From NCBI RefSeq assembly GCF_006345805.1, contig NC_043001.1:18662001-18726000 (forward strand): a stretch of 64,000 bases of DNA, given 5' to 3'. Origin of the DNA: Octopus sinensis (lineage: Eukaryota). Made by a program: the position numbers and the translations under genes. The notes beneath the pieces were generated by a model. The model searched no databases. It was not told the origin of the DNA and saw nothing but the letters and a program-made list of their open reading frames with translations. Positions 1 to 13,170 of the stretch are shown here, one piece after another. Each line of letters begins with the position of its first letter. The stretch's first letter is position 1.

Positions 1-240
1 ACATAGCTAGCTAGAGGCGATGGCCTCTTGGAGCTAATCAACGGCAGCATTCGTCCTATTTTTCTGGACTGCCATGTTAGCTTGGCGATAACTATTAATA
101 TTCAGTACCGCTGTCGTAGTCTCCTTTAGAGAGACTTAGAAATATTAATATTTCTATGATATATATATATATATATATATATACTATTGAACAATTTTAT
201 TCTTATCAGTCATTTGACTGAAGCCATGCTGGAGCGTATA

Positions 241-591
241 ATATAATATAAAGAAAATGGAGCGTGAACACAAAAGAAAAAACATTTATTTATACAATAG
301 TCAATATTTATATAATAATTATTTTATATAATAGTCATGTCGCCTACACATGTTTAAATTTTTTTACCTTCATTCATATTCTATAATCAAAATTGCATTA
401 TGAATTTAAAAGGTAGAAAATTTTGCCCTGTAGCGATTTCTACCTTTTATATTCATAAGGCAATTTTCATTGTGAAATATAAATGAAGGTAAGAAATTGA
501 AACATGCGTAGGCGACATGAAATTCACTATTATATAAATAAATTGTTTTTTTCTTTTTGTGTTCACAGTCTCCATTTTCTTTTTTATTATA
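241..591. repeat. Imperfect fold-back inverted repeat (about 350 bp), MITE-like
   Basis: gtgaacacaaaagaaaaaac...catgtcgcctac...aaaggtagaaa mirrored by tttctacctttt...gtaggcgacatg...ttctttttgtgttcac; centre near 425; many substitutions between the arms. Confidence 0.8.
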
Positions 592-1110
592 TTAGTAAAA
601 TTCTTTTCTCCTATATCGGAGAGATGAAAACATCTATAACGACAACTGGAACTTTCAGGAAAATCAATCGATATGGAGCTAAACCGGCGTTCGCTTCGTT
701 GAAATACATCCCTGCGAAAGAACAACCTCTTTCCATTCGAAACTTCACCTCCCGCTTACACCAAACACACACACACACACACACACACACATTTATGTAC
801 ACTTTAAAACATGTTCGTTTCGTTTCAGTAAGGCCTATATCCGCCAAGTTTCATCAGAACAGAAACAATGTTTTTACATTGAATTCTCATTTAGAAGAGT
901 CTTTCTATTTTAGTGCCTTGTTAATGTAACACACTCACCGGTCTAATTTCCACTCATTTAAGTATTATTTTTACTAAAATTTTTGTTGCGACTGGCAACC
1001 TTTTCAATAGTCGTTGATTCTGTCCGTAATCGGAATTTGAAAATTAATCTCATTTGGGAATAAATAATGTTACAAGAGCAAACAACTCTCTCTCTCTCTC
1101 AATTGTTTTC

Positions 1111-1120
1111 GATTTTTCAC

Positions 1121-1209
<89 letters not shown>

Positions 1210-1236
1210 AATGTCTATCAATCTATCTATCTATCT
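1111..1236. repeat. (TATC)n microsatellite; similar tracts at about 9910-9988, 13270-13380 and 26330-26530
   Basis: Direct reading; source of the YLSI/IYLS pseudo-ORFs. Confidence 0.95.
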
Positions 1237-1499
1237 AAATATCTATTAATCTATCACTTCATATATGAAGCTCCGATGAAGCTATGTGTTACTCAGACAT
1301 CCAACGTAAAGAGCTGTAATCTAATGAAGTTCATAAGATAGTTATTCAATCCTTTGCCATCTCTTTTCCTATTACAGGTCTGTATACGACTAACCCTTGG
1401 ATCAGAAGCATACATTTATTGAGTTCTACACCAATAAATGAAATGTCTAATGAAATATCAATCAACCTATTTATCTACGTATCTCTTCAGTCACTCATT

Positions 1500-1582
<83 letters not shown>

Positions 1583-1834
1583 CATATATACATATTACAC
1601 ATATATATATATATATATGCATATATATTATTTCAAAGGAATTCCAACTCTGTCTTTTATGTTTTATTTATATTCTTATAATATTAATGTAAATACATTA
1701 ACATTATAATGTTAACATTAATTTGTATTCTACCATTAATGTAGAATACAAAATATGTAGAATTTTTTTGTGTTTCTTCCTCGTTTTATTTGGGATTTGC
1801 TCTCTCCTCTCTCTCTCTCTCTCTCTCCCCTCTA

Positions 1835-1872
<38 letters not shown>

Positions 1873-1998
1873 AATTCTATAATTATAGGCATAATTATAA
1901 TTAGAGTTCAGCAAAAATTGATTCACCGCATACAGAAATTTAGAAACAGCAGTTAAATACTATCCATTACAATTATTAATTCATTAATTAATTTTACC

Positions 1999-2041
<43 letters not shown>

Positions 2042-2075
2042 CATCATCATCATTATTAGTATTAGTATTATAATA

Positions 2076-2124
<49 letters not shown>

Positions 2125-2209
2125 ATATCGATACAATAATTGTTTCTTGTCAGGAACAAAAAATGGTTTAATAGGACTGCAAAGAAGTGCTCTATTGGAA
2201 GAGACAAAA

Positions 2210-3072
2210 ATATCAAACTAAAGTCATTGCACAAGCAAATACGAAGTCAACCGCATGTCATTTCATAATTCGAACATTTATTATAGAATAAACATAACCC
2301 GCAAGATGGAACAAAATTCATATGTACAGCACGTAATAATAATAATAATATATGGTATGGTGCGAGAAAAATTCTTATCATTAAAATTTAGAATTAATAT
2401 TTTAGCGATTCAAAGAGAATACATTTATAAAAGACGTAGAAAGTAAAATATAATATAAGTAATATATAAAAATATATCTCTTATTATAAAAGGCAGATTT
2501 TATCTGCCTCCCTTTGGGAGTTATAGAAATCTACAATATAGGATTTCTTCAATTACAATTTACCCAGCATTTTTAAGAGTACAATGCATCGCGTCATGCC
2601 AGAATGACACACACACCAGAATGTGAGTTTTCTGTAAATTTTGCTTAATTGGAGTTTAAATTTTAAAAACTGGACCTGGCATGACGCGATGCATTGTACT
2701 CTTAAAAATGCTGGGTAAATTGTAATTGAAGAAATCCTATATTGTAGATTTCTATAACTCCCAAAGGGAGGCAGATAAAATCTGCCTTTTATAATAAGAG
2801 ATATATTTTTATATATTACTTATATTATATTTTACTTTCTACGTCTTTTATAAATGTATTCTCTTTGAATCGCTAAAATATTAATTCTAAATTTTTAATG
2901 ATAAGAATTTTTCTCGCACCATACCATATATTATTATTATTATTACGTGCTGTACATATAAATTTTGTTCCATCTTGCGGGTTATATGTTTATTCTATAA
3001 TTAAATGTTCGAATTATGAAATGACATGCGGTTGACTTCGTATTTGCTTGTTCAATGACTTTAGTTTGATAT
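2210..3072. repeat. Near-perfect long inverted repeat: arms 2210-2602 and 2676-3072, 73-bp spacer
   Basis: tatcaaactaaagtcattg...cgcgtcatgccag versus ctggcatgacgcg...caatgactttagtttgata; inner about 150 bp identical, a few differences in the outer part. Confidence 0.95.
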
Positions 3073-3959
3073 ATATATATCAGAGTCATTTCTGGTTATA
3101 ACAAAGCACGGCACTGAAGGAATGGTATAGGCTTGGGGGGGGAGGGAGGGGGAAATATGTATCAACAATACTTTCCAAATAAATTTGATTTTGACACATA
3201 TTCTCTAATGATTAGTCAGATTTCGTTTTCTAATTTTTTAGCATCTGTTAGCATGTAATTCGTTTCTCAGCGTACAACTGCCATTGTGACTGAATCAACC
3301 ACTTTGTTCTCCTCAGCACAAGTGTTGACACATTACACATTTTCTGGTTTCATATCGTATTTCTTCGTTGCCTAGTAACACCAGAAATAGGTACTTAAAT
3401 TAATATCGTGAACGCGTTTAATTTGAACACGTCTAGACTATCCCCGCCGAAAGCCAAATTTTTGTTTAAAAATATCCAATATTTAAACAATCAATATTTT
3501 TTTCATACATTAACTACTTTTATAGTTCTGAAAATATATTTGGTTTATTTTTGTAATAATACTTGCTCATTGTTATATCTATTTGTTTCACTTCTTGTTA
3601 GACTTGAATTTGTTTTGTCATTTGGTTAGCAGAGTATTTCAAAGTTTTCAGACCTTCTGATCTATAACATGACTTCGTGTAAGGACTCTGATGAAACTAT
3701 AGGAAGTCACACTGTCATTCGCCTCTGGATGGACAGTTCCTTATCAAGGAAACGGGTGTTAGCCAATGAATGCTCATCGTTTGTCATTGATTTATTAATT
3801 AAAATTATAAAATTATGCTCTGTAATTATCGTCTTGTCTGCATACGAGTCCAGAGTGAATACGTTAGTGAATTCGCATTACCCCGTCGTTCAAGCTTAAA
3901 GCTAACGTACATTATATAAATACTGAGTTCTAACGACTGGTATACTATAATACATACAC

Positions 3960-4088
3960 ACGCATATGTAAGTATGTATGTATGTATGTATGTATGTATC
4001 TCTCTCTCTCTGTAATATATATATATATATATAATATTTATATATATACATACATACATACATATGTATGTATGTATGTATCTCTCTC

Positions 4089-4146
<58 letters not shown>

Positions 4147-4219
4147 CTATATATAATATATATATACATACATACATACATATTATGTATGGTATGTTTA
4201 TGTATCTCTCTCTCTGTAT

Positions 4220-4276
<57 letters not shown>

Positions 4277-4419
4277 CATACATATATACATACATATCTA
4301 TCTATATATATATAATATATATATATAATATATATATACATATATATACTACATATATAAATACATAGATTATATATACATATATATTACAAAAATATAT
4401 ACATATATATATATATATA

Positions 4420-4463
<44 letters not shown>

Positions 4464-4465
4464 TA
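3960..4465. repeat. Compound (TA)/(TATG)/(TC) microsatellite with three higher-order repeats
   Basis: The block tgtatgtatctctctctctgta(ta)n recurs at about 3990, 4070 and 4195. Confidence 0.85.
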
Positions 4466-4810
4466 AGGTGCATTATGTGCATTTATAGAATACAGTCCTA
4501 TAAAACTCAACAAAACAATTAAAGATAGAGAAAGATGTTAAAAGTTTGCATTAAAATATTATCAAACTTTTAGCATCTTCTCTTCTCCATCTGTAATTGC
4601 TTTGTTGAGTTTATATAGGACTGACTAAAAAGACACTCGGGTTTCAGTTGCACAAGATCTCCTTGATTGTGTCGAGAATAATAAAAAAAGTTTTTGGAAA
4701 CTTTGCGTAAATCTCTGAGCAGGCATCGCCAAGTATTTGACAAAATTTGATACAGATTCTCTACTCAACATTCTCTGTCATGGCCAATGCGATGATCACA
4801 CGCTACACAC
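4466..4810. mobile_element. Possible mariner-derived non-autonomous remnant with an internal hairpin (4493-4623)
   Basis: cagtcctataaaactcaacaaaacaatt mirrored by aattgctttgttgagttttatataggactg; downstream aaatttgatacagattctctactc resembles mariner-derived repeats (recalled similarity, not searched). Confidence 0.35.
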
Positions 4811-5306
4811 CTTCCTTCCAAGCACTGCTGCAAACAGCGGAAATGGACTAGAATGTCAAAACTTAGTGCTCAGGCACAGCAGAGTTCAAGGCCAATCTGA
4901 GCCAAGCGGCTTCATTACTATAGCAACAGTCCAGATACTTATTGATCAGACCACGTATATACACCGTATATACGACGGGCTTCCGCATAGTTTCCGTCTA
5001 CTAAATTCACTCAAAAAGTATTAGCCAGCCTGTGGATATTGTAGAAGACACTTGCCCTGGATTCTGTGTATTGGGACTGGATCTGGAATCGCGGGGTTAC
5101 GAAACGAGCTTCTTAACCACAAAGCCTGCACCTTTACAGTATATCTGATGGGATTTAGTTGTTTTCAGCTAACACATTTCACCCACGATATTTTGTTCGA
5201 CTCAGAACTATGTGTTGTGTAGTCGAAACTCAAACCCAATGGACTGCAAATCGATTGTTTTACGCGCATGACCAAGCAAAAAATTTTTTTTACAAACATT
5301 ATAGAT

Positions 5307-5706
5307 GCAGGAGTGGCTGTGTGGTAAATAGCTTGCTTAGCAACAACATGGTTCCGGGTTCAATCCCACTGCGTGGCACCTTGGGCAAGTGTTTTTTACT
5401 ATAGCCCCGGGCCGACCAAAGCCTTGTGAGTGGATTTGGTAGACGGAAACTGAAAGAAACCCATCATATATATGTATATATATGTGTGTGTTTGTGTGTC
5501 TGTGTTTGTCCCCCAACATCGTTTGACAACACAACCGATGCTGATGCGTTTACGTCCCCGTAACTTAGCGGCTCGGCAAAAGAGAGACCGATAGAATAAG
5601 TACTAGGCTTACAAAGAATAAGTCCTGGGGTCGATTTGCTCGACTAAAGGCGGTGCTCCAGCATGGCCGCAGTCAAATTGACTGAAACAAGTAAAAGAGT
5701 AAAGAG
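5307..5706 (+). mobile_element. SINE family C (tRNA-like head, CORE-like segment, internal microsatellite, tail ...actgaaacaagtaaaagag)
   Basis: A-box-like tggctgtgtgg, B-box-like ggttcaatcc, ggcaccttgggcaagtg similar to the MIR CORE gtgaccttgggcaagt; about 20 copies in the window. Confidence 0.85.
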
Positions 5707-6649
5707 TATTAATACATATGTTGTATCCTCGTGTGAACATGTACCATCCATTTGGTATTATCTCGAGTAAAGATCTCGTGATGGTGCTGGTAGTGGAGGT
5801 GGTGGTGGTGGTATTTGTTGTTGTTGTTGTAGTGGTAGGTTTAATTTGTTGCTGACTGTCTACATTCAATGTTTTACACAAACTTCGGAAAGAAAATGAT
5901 GGGTTTCTCGCAATTATTAGATTTGCGAAAAAGAACCAGAAAATGGATTGTTTTTGGAATCCGTTTACAGCAGCCCATAATTTAATAAATTTACTTTAAA
6001 CATTTATTTAACTAAAAACAGCAGCTAACACCATGTGTATTAACCGAAAAATATTTAATATGTTTTAGAATTTCAAATATTGTATGTAATACATTGAACA
6101 GGAAATATTTTCGGAAAAAAAAAAGACCATAAGATTTCATGTATTATGTTAAAGTAATATTCTTTGGAATTTCTTTTTTATAAAAATAAAATTAAATTGT
6201 ACGTGTATGACAATATTGTACAACTGTTCTTTGAATAATAAGGAAACGGTTGGAATTGCTTTTCCACTTTGGAATAATGTAGTCTTTGTATAGCTTTTGA
6301 ATTAATTTCTTTGAGACGTATGCGTACATGTAAATCATGAAGTCATACAGTAACCCATACAATCACACATGCATACGAACACACGTACGCACATAACGGA
6401 ATTAATACACACATAACAACACTCATCTACGCCTGCATTTATACATATACAGACATACATACATACACACACAAAAATATACATACATATCCATCCATCC
6501 ATTCATCTATCTATATCCACACACACGCACATATATACCGACCCTAGAATAAGTCTTCGGGTCGATTTGTTCGACTAAAGGCGGTGCTCCAACATGGCCG
6601 CAGTCAAATGACAAACAAATAAGAGGAAAAATAGAATATATTATAACTA

Positions 6650-6695
<46 letters not shown>

Positions 6696-6783
6696 ATATA
6701 TTTATAAATCTAACCTTTAAAGGTATGTTTTAATATGCTGGCCATTGATAACATTTTTTTCGAAAAATTTTATCCTACATTAG

Positions 6784-6829
<46 letters not shown>

Positions 6830-6842
6830 TGTGTGTGTGTGT

Positions 6843-7143
6843 GAAGGTGCGTGGCTTAGTGGTTAGGGTATTTGGTTCACGATCGTAAGGTCGTGAAATC
6901 AATTCCCGTTGACGCGCTGTGTCCTTGAGCCAGACACTTTTATTTCACGTTGCACCAGTTCACTCAGCTGGCAAAAGTGTACCTGTATTTCACATTCTCT
7001 GTCACACTGAGTCTCCCCCAGAACTACATTAAGGGTTCACGTGTCTGTACAGTGCTCAGGCACTTGAACGTTAATTTCACGAGCAGGCTGTTCTGTTGAT
7101 CGGATCAACTGGAACCCACGTTGTCGTAACCGACGGAGTGCCA
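6843..7143 (+). mobile_element. SINE family A2 (alternative tRNA head, shares the family A 3' half)
   Basis: Head gtggcttagtggttaggg; tail cacgagcaggctgttc...gtcgtaaccgacggagtgcc shared with family A. Confidence 0.8.
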
Positions 7144-7261
7144 AGAAGATATATAGTCGTCTCCTTGTCACCCAAGAAAGCGATGAGATTCGGTTGATGA
7201 TTGGGTGTCTGAACAGCTCCATTTGGGGAGGACACTGCTCACCCGGGGGTTGGGGAGGTTC

Positions 7262-7782
7262 TAGAAAAATGTGTAACTAGTACTTAATTTATCGACCCCG
7301 AAAGAATGAAAGGCAAAGTCGACCTCGGCAGAATTTGAACTCAGAACGTAGCAGCAGACGAAATACCTATGTCTTTACCACCCACAAGGGGCTAAACACA
7401 ATAGGGACGAACAAGGACAGACAAAGGGATTAAGTCGATTACATCGACCCCAGTGCGTAACTGGTACTTAATTTATCGACCTCGAAAGGATGAAAGGCAA
7501 AGTCGACCTCGGCGGAATTTGAACTCAGAACGTAACGGCTGACGAAATACCTATTTCTTTATTACCCACAAGGGGCTAAACATAGAGGAGACAAACATGG
7601 ACAGACATAGGTATTACGTCGATTATATCGACCCCAGTGCGTAACTGGTACTTAATTTATCGACCCCGAAAGGATGAAAGGCAAAGTCGACCTCGGCGGA
7701 ATTTGAACTCACAACGAAACGGCAGCCGAAATACCGCTAAGCATTTCGCCCGGTGTGCTAACGTTTCTGCTGGCTCGCCACC
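7262..7782 (-). mobile_element. SINE family D tandem array (head plus 3 units, 184-bp period)
   Basis: Junctions at 7367/7368 and 7551/7552 (aaaga[a/c]ata|ggtatttcgtc on the element strand); the last unit has a different end. Confidence 0.85.
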
Positions 7783-8109
7783 TTACAGCTCGCCTATCAT
7801 ACCTTCTACATTCGTCTTGTCTTCCCTTTTACTTTACACTAATTCCCGCTCTCATTCCTTTCATCTACACTTTCCTCACGCACCATCTCAGACACCCACT
7901 TAAGTATATAGAAAGATATATGTGTGTTGTGTGCGCGCGCAACTGAAATAACAAAGAAAAAGGCAAAAATGTAATATATCTCTCTGAAGCTGAAACACTC
8001 AGAAAGCTTTCGCACAGAGATTTATTGCTTTTTCCCCCCGCTTTCTCTTGTGTGTGTGTCTCTTAGCTACATAGAAGACATATTAAGAGCGAGATAGAAA
8101 GGGAGGGCA

Positions 8110-8141
<32 letters not shown>

Positions 8142-8223
8142 GGGGGTAGAAAAAGAGAGATAAAGCGATTGAGAGAAATAGTAGATTTTAATCCTGTGAC
8201 ATCAGTGTTGTAATAGTTAGTGC

Positions 8224-8602
8224 GGAGGCACAATGACCCTGTGGTTAGGGCAGCGAACTCGCGGTCGTAGGATAACGGTTTCGATTCCCAGCCCGGGTCT
8301 TGTGAGTGTATATTGAGCAAAAACACCTAAAGCTCCACGTGGCTCCGGCAGGGGTTGGTGGTGAACCTTGCTGTACTCTTTCACCACGACATTCTCTCAC
8401 ACTTTCTTCCTGTTTCTATTATACCAGTACTTTAAAGGGACAACCTTGTCACACTCTATGTCACACTGAATCTCTCTGGGAACTACGTTAAGGGTACACG
8501 TGTCTGTGGGGCGCTCAGCCACTTGAACGTTAATTTCACGAGCAGGCTGTTCCGTTGATTGGATCAACTGGAACCCTCGTCGTCGTAACCGGCGGAGTGC
8601 CA
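8224..8602 (+). mobile_element. SINE family A, full length
   Basis: tRNA-like head ggaggcacaatgaccctgtggttagggcagcg...gtttcgattccc; matches other copies over about 375 bp. Confidence 0.85.
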
Positions 8603-8761
8603 CGAATTGTTAAAGTTGGTATAAGCGTTTTGGAATCAGTTATATTGTTGCTGTTGTTAATTTCGAGCTGATTCTGTTGGAGCAGACTTTTAATTAAATA
8701 AACAAATAAAAGCAACCATCCATATTCATACCAATCTTCGTTCAAGTATTGCATACTTGTA

Positions 8762-9063
8762 GTTTGTTCCTTCTCGAGCCATGCTTGACTTATTAGGGCC
8801 AGTCCCCCGGTTTCCTGGGCGTATAGGTTCCCCATCTGGACAGGACACCAGTCCGTCGCAGGTGAGCTGCTAGATGCAGGAGGAAAGAGTGAGAGAAAGT
8901 TGTGGCGAAAGAGTCAGCAGAAGTTCGCCATTACCTTCTGCCGGAGCCCCGTGGAACTTAGGTGTATCGCTCATAAACACAAACATTGCCCGATCTGAGA
9001 TTCGAACCCGCAAACCCTTGACCACGAGTTCACTGCTCTAACCGCTAGGCCATGTGGCTCCAC
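8762..9063 (-). mobile_element. SINE family B
   Basis: A-like head joined to the body ctcacctgcgacggactgg...gctcgagaaggaac; second copy at 52786-53092, fragment at 49361-49555. Confidence 0.8.
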
Positions 9064-9908
9064 ATTGCATACTTAGCACTATGTTATCCAATATGTTGTC
9101 CAAGTAGTAAGTGGTTAATTAAGGGAGATTTGACTGTTACTTCTAGCTCATCAAGATACTAGATAAAGGAAAAGACGAGACGTGAGGTGCGGGACGGGAC
9201 GAGGAAAGAGAGATAAGGAGTGAGGGAGAGATTTCCTCAGTATTTTATACAGCAACGAAATCCAGCATCCCATCTCAAGAACCCACATCCTTCACTCCAC
9301 CCAACACCGGCAATAGACTTCAGGATTACAAAGAAGTTTAATGTATGATTTGTCACGGGAGACATGACATTGTTCTCCATCGAAATCGAACAAATACTTC
9401 ACATGAATATTTGTCCGACATCATTTTCACCTGCTAGTTCAACGAAATCCCCCCCCTTTCCCATCCATTACATTTTTATCGTTTACACTTCTTAAACCCT
9501 CTACTTGTCGTTGTCCTTAATCCTTATTTCATTCCTCCTCAGTCCATAGTTCTACGGCATGTTTAAATCCTTTCACAATATCAATGAGAAATTTAAGTCA
9601 GCTCACGTGATCCATAATTTACATTTCACGCTAAGTAGATTAGTTACGGCTAAACGGTTACAATGTTGGCTCTAAGCTCGACTCAAGTGTCCGTTGCAGG
9701 TGAAATATTAAACTTGAATTTCTTACTCCAATCATTTTCAAAAGCGGTCTGGTAAAATGAGCAGCGAATTGTAAATAAATTTTCTAATCATACATTCCCT
9801 TAGGTATCACAAGTACTTTATTTTAACTATTTATCTACCGAGAGGTAATATATATCCTCACTTAAACGTAGTGTTCTGTTTGAACAAACTATACTGTCTG
9901 TGTGTGTG

Positions 9909-9988
<80 letters not shown>

Positions 9989-10125
9989 CCACGTGTGAAT
10001 GACGGAACCAGCTTGAGCATAATCCTGGGAGGGGGGCATCGATTAGATTTATCCCAGTATGCAACTGTTACTTAATTTATCGACCCAGAAAAGATGGAAG
10101 GCAATGTCGACCTCGGCAGAATTGT

Positions 10126-10591
10126 CTCTTCTTCTTCTTCTTCTTCTTCTTCTTCTAATTCGAGCCTACTCTAAGCCACTAAGAATACGTGTGGCAACTT
10201 GAAGATCCACCCACCACACGCGATAGACTGGCAGTTGCACGGGCGCGAAAGCTACGTTGTTATCCTCATTCCGTAAACGGTGGCTTTTAACGGGTGGAGA
10301 GCTGAACCATCCTGGGGTACAGAGGATTCGCAATCTAGACTAGGGTGTGAAAGTTTACCACACCATAGTGGGTTACACCATGGTTCCTCTGCTTTGTTGC
10401 AGAAGTAGGAAGAAAGAGTGAGAGAAAGTTGTGGTGAAAGAGTACAGCAGGGTTCACCACCCACTCCGCCGGAGTCTCGTGGAGCTTAGGTGTTTTTGCT
10501 CAATAAACACTCACAATGCCCGGTCTGGAATCGAAACCGCGTTCTCACGACCGCGAGTCCGCTGCCCTCACCACTTGGCCATTGCGCCTCC
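10126..10591 (-). mobile_element. Chimeric SINE: family A head with a different body and a (GAA)n tail
   Basis: 10420-10591 matches the family A head; 10155-10400 is unrelated to the A tail; ends in a (ttc)n run on the plus strand. Confidence 0.6.
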
Positions 10592-10759
10592 ACTGCTGCT
10601 GTTGTTCGTTCGGGAAGTCCTCATTGATGAGCCCTATGTAGAACATTCCATCCATTCTTTTCCATAGCCAGGATAGCACAGTCCAATGTGTTATTTCTGT
10701 TGTAAGATGGCAGGGTGTGATCTAAGGGAATTTAGGCGCTATTACTTGCAAGTCGAATA

Positions 10760-11088
10760 TGGAAGCACTCCGTCGGTTACGACGATGAGGGTTCCGGTTG
10801 ATCCGACCAACGGAACAGCCTGCTCGTGAAATTAACGATATTCAGCGTGACACAGAGAGTGACAAGGCCGGCCCTTTGAAATACAGGTACAACAGAAACA
10901 GGAAGTAAGAGTGAGAGAAAGTTGTGGTGAAAGAGTACAGCAGGGATCACCACCATCCCCTGCCGGAGCCTCGTGGAACTTTTAGGTGTTTTCGTTCAAT
11001 AAACACTCACAACGCCCGGTCTGGGAATCGAAACCGCGATCCTACGACCGCGAGTCCGCTGCCCTAACCACTGGGCCATTGCGCCTCC
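10760..11088 (-). mobile_element. SINE family A with an internal deletion and TSD caagtcgaata
   Basis: Match to family A; caagtcgaata on both flanks. Confidence 0.9.
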
Positions 11089-11467
11089 TACTACAAGTCG
11101 AATAACCACACACATAAATGCATTCCTCGGTCATTCTGGGTCTTTGATGCTGGTGTGTATCTGGTCGAAGTTAAGGAATTGATTAAGAATGTAGAAAATG
11201 CCGCTGAGTAAGATGTCGAAGATGCCAAATAAATTTTCTTTCGCTCTTTTCTGTCAGTGTACTGGAGAAAACAACTCCATATTTATTGAAATGGTAACAT
11301 AGAGATAACAGCATTAGGAACAATAAATAGGCTGATGCCAACACGTAGTAATCTGATTAGCAACAATTCTAGTAGCTGTATGGAATTTGTCAACAGCATT
11401 TAGCCATCCAAAATACGCACACACGTATATGTGAATGTACATGTACATTACCTCTGTGTGTGTGTGT

Positions 11468-11504
<37 letters not shown>

Positions 11505-11505
<1 letters not shown>

Positions 11506-11906
11506 GAGTGGCTGTGTGCTAAGTAGCTTGCTTACCAACCACATGGTTCTGGGTCCAGTCCCTCTGCGTGGCACCTTGGCCAAGTGTCTTCTACTATAGC
11601 CCCGGGCCGACCAAAGCCTTCTGAGTGGATTTGGTAGACGGAAACTGAAAGAAGCGCCCGTCGTATATATGTATATATATGTAAGTGCGTGTATATTTGT
11701 GTGTCTGTGTTGGTCCCCCTAGCATTGCTTGACAACCGATGCTGGTGTGTTTACGTCCCCGTCACTTAGCGGTTCGGCAAAAGAGACCGATAGAATTAAG
11801 TACTGGGCTTACAAAGAATAAGTCCCGGGGTCGAGTTGCTCGACTGAAGGCGGTGCTCCAGCATGGCCACAGTCAAATGACTGAAACAAGTAAAAGAGTA
11901 AAGAGT
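11505..11906 (+). mobile_element. SINE family C
   Basis: Full match to the family C consensus. Confidence 0.9.
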
Positions 11907-11926
11907 ATATATATATATAAACAAAT

Positions 11927-12084
11927 CACGCGTCAGGTGTCGAAGAACGACATCGGATCAAGTGTTTTGCTCAAGAACACAACGCATCACTCGGTATAAG
12001 AATTGAAATCACGATGTAGAGATCGCGAGTGCAACACCCCTAACCACTAAGCCAAGTACCTTCATATATATATATATATATATA

Positions 12085-12149
<65 letters not shown>

Positions 12150-12154
12150 TATTC

Positions 12155-12185
<31 letters not shown>

Positions 12186-12224
12186 ATATATATATAATAT
12201 ATATATAATATATATATATATATC

Positions 12225-12257
<33 letters not shown>

Positions 12258-12409
12258 TATTGAAATATATATGAAGGTACTTGGCTTAGTGGTTAGGGGT
12301 GTTGCACTCGCGATCTCTACATCGTGATTTCAATTCTTATACCGAGTGATGCGTTGTGTTCTTGAGCAAAACACTTGATCCGATGTCGTTCTTCGACACC
12401 TGACGCGTG
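11927..12409. repeat. Perfect inverted duplication (about 138-bp arms) of a SINE head around a (TA)n tract
   Basis: cacgcgtcagg...gtaccttcat [TA tract about 12066-12270] atgaaggtac...cctgacgcgtg; only the right arm continues into the SINE body. Confidence 0.95.
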
Positions 12410-13170
12410 GTACACAATGCACCTGTTCAGACAGAATTCATTTGATTGAGAGAGTGAACATGTAATTACTATAAACAAATTATTTGTGATAGTCGTTCAG
12501 CAAAAGCCGAAACTTAAAATGAGGATTACTTCGCACTTCAACCGATACGGAGTAACTACAAATTACTTATGCGATTTAAATGTCTCCAATGTATTCCGAA
12601 ATCCTCTGCCTTATAATAACATTCTGTAATTGATAGTAAATTTATACGAAAATTTCATCGCAAAGGCTAAATCCAAATAACTATACTCTAAGAAAGCGAA
12701 AACCGCCGAGAAAAAACATCAATACGGATTTCTCTTATTTCTTTATGCTACCAAACAACCAAGCAACGAACCGTCAAAGAAAATTCAAATTATCTTTATT
12801 ATACGATTCTACGTATTTTTATTGGAAAGTTGATACTAGTCTCTACAAATCTAGTCAATGAATGAATTTATTTCCCGAAGCGATAAAACATTGGAGTTGG
12901 AGAATTTTGTACTTGTTCGGTGTTGGCCGTGAGGAAGAAAACAGAGAAAGTATAGAATGCAATCAAATAAAAAACCAGATGTATTTTCTTTAAATCTTGT
13001 ATATTCTCTTTAATGCTAAAATAAATCATGATTTGTAAAAACATCAATGACATCAACAGAAGAATTATATATTTCTTTGATTACTGCGAGCGCAACCAGT
13101 CCAACTCCGAAGAGTATAACAAAACAATATAAGCTAATAGAAACTTTGTTAGCATGTGGATAATAATTAT

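Noticed and set aside
970-1020. Minus-strand CTATTGA...GTTGC/GCAAC...AAAA hammerhead-like pattern
   Set aside because: Too many core mismatches and no convincing cleavage triplet.
7262-7782. Regular 184-bp repeats superficially like a CRISPR or satellite array
   Set aside because: There are no unique spacers and no cas genes; the units are SINE D segments.
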